A DNA stretch of 64,000 nucleotides from the human T2T-CHM13v2.0 reference genome, Homo sapiens. The notes beneath the pieces are model-generated. The model was not told the DNA's origin. It did not search any database and saw only the letters and a list, made by a program, of their open reading frames with translations. Position numbers and translations under genes: made by a program. This document shows positions 62,863 through 64,000 of the stretch, one piece after another (within the stretch, counting starts at the first letter, position 1; each line of letters starts with the position of its first letter). The stretch lies in NCBI RefSeq assembly GCF_009914755.1, contig NC_060927.1. The stretch is one strand, 5' to 3'.

Positions 62863-63648
62863 TCAGATAGAACCATTGGAGTCTCTCTCTTCCTCCCTCC
62901 CTCCCTCCCTCTCTCTGAAATTTGAAATAAGGAACACAGAGTTTGCCATTTGGCAGCAGAAACAGGAGGCAAAAGGATTCATCAAGAGATCCACGAGGTA
63001 GGGTCAGAGCCATGGCAAGCTAAAGCCCTGTGCAAGCCAAACTTCTGAAAAGCAAAAACTGTTAGTAAGCAGAGGGACCCAGAAGGCATAAAAAGGAGAC
63101 TGAAGCCAATATGCAGAAAGTAGCTGAGACAGGTCACCCTGAGGCTGGGTGGAAGGAAGACCATGGGCTCCTGTTGCTGAAGTCCTGAGCCCACTGTGGA
63201 TCTGGACCCACCCTCCTGCTCCAATGAGGGCTCTGCTCATGAATTTTAGAGAGATTTCTGCCTGGGCCCACATTTCTCAATGTGGCTTGATTGAGACTCT
63301 GTTCTTTTCATCCAAATGAGCCTCCCTGAAACAGAAGCAGAGCAGTGGTGTGGAGTTCATCCATCTGACCCCACATACTACCTCTGCGCTCCCATCCTCC
63401 ACAGACCAGAGATGTCACCAGGTGCACTGATGGGCCCTAGGAAAGGATCAGATACCATAGCTGCAGCCAGTGCTAATTCAGGTCTGCTATCCATATCCAA
63501 ATCTAAAGTGTACTTTGCAAATGAAGAGTCAAGGAGTAAATGGGAAACAGCAAAAATTCCAAAAAGTGGATTTTGTCAATAAGAACAGCCCCCGAATGTT
63601 CACTTATTGCTAAGGGGAGGAAGCTATAAAAAGCTAATGTACATTATG

Positions 63649-63973
<325 letters not shown>

Positions 63974-64000
63974 TTATGTGTGTGTATGTATACACACACA

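Overview
Human (primate) genomic DNA, with no prokaryotic features. The window holds the 5' part of KLHL6 (Kelch-like 6, a B-cell/haematopoietic CUL3 E3-ligase adaptor) on the minus strand. Coding exon 1 (53901-53609), exon 2 (26205-26040) and exon 3 (6664-6215) have canonical GT-AG junctions and splice in frame (293+166+450 = 909 nt, BTB and BACK regions). The Kelch exons lie beyond the left edge, and about 10 kb of upstream sequence lies on the right. The rest is repeat-rich: over 40 Alus, L1/L2/MIR fragments, MaLR/ERVL LTRs (including a near-complete MLT1B element) and DNA-transposon relics. I see no demonstrable new biological system. The leads worth testing are: two HERV-K(HML-2) solo LTRs in sense orientation in the intron that separates the BTB exons from the BACK/Kelch exons; an in-frame uORF ahead of weak start codons; a palindrome-built AAAGTACTTT/TTTAAA repeat; a Tigger-type element whose halves appear in swapped order; three local duplications near the promoter; a 42-bp hairpin whose mismatches favour G-U pairs on the minus strand; a CCAAT cluster in intron 2; and a coding-like G-poor relic. 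Repeat subfamily names come from recalled consensus sequences, not from a search, and repeat boundaries are approximate unless TSDs are given.
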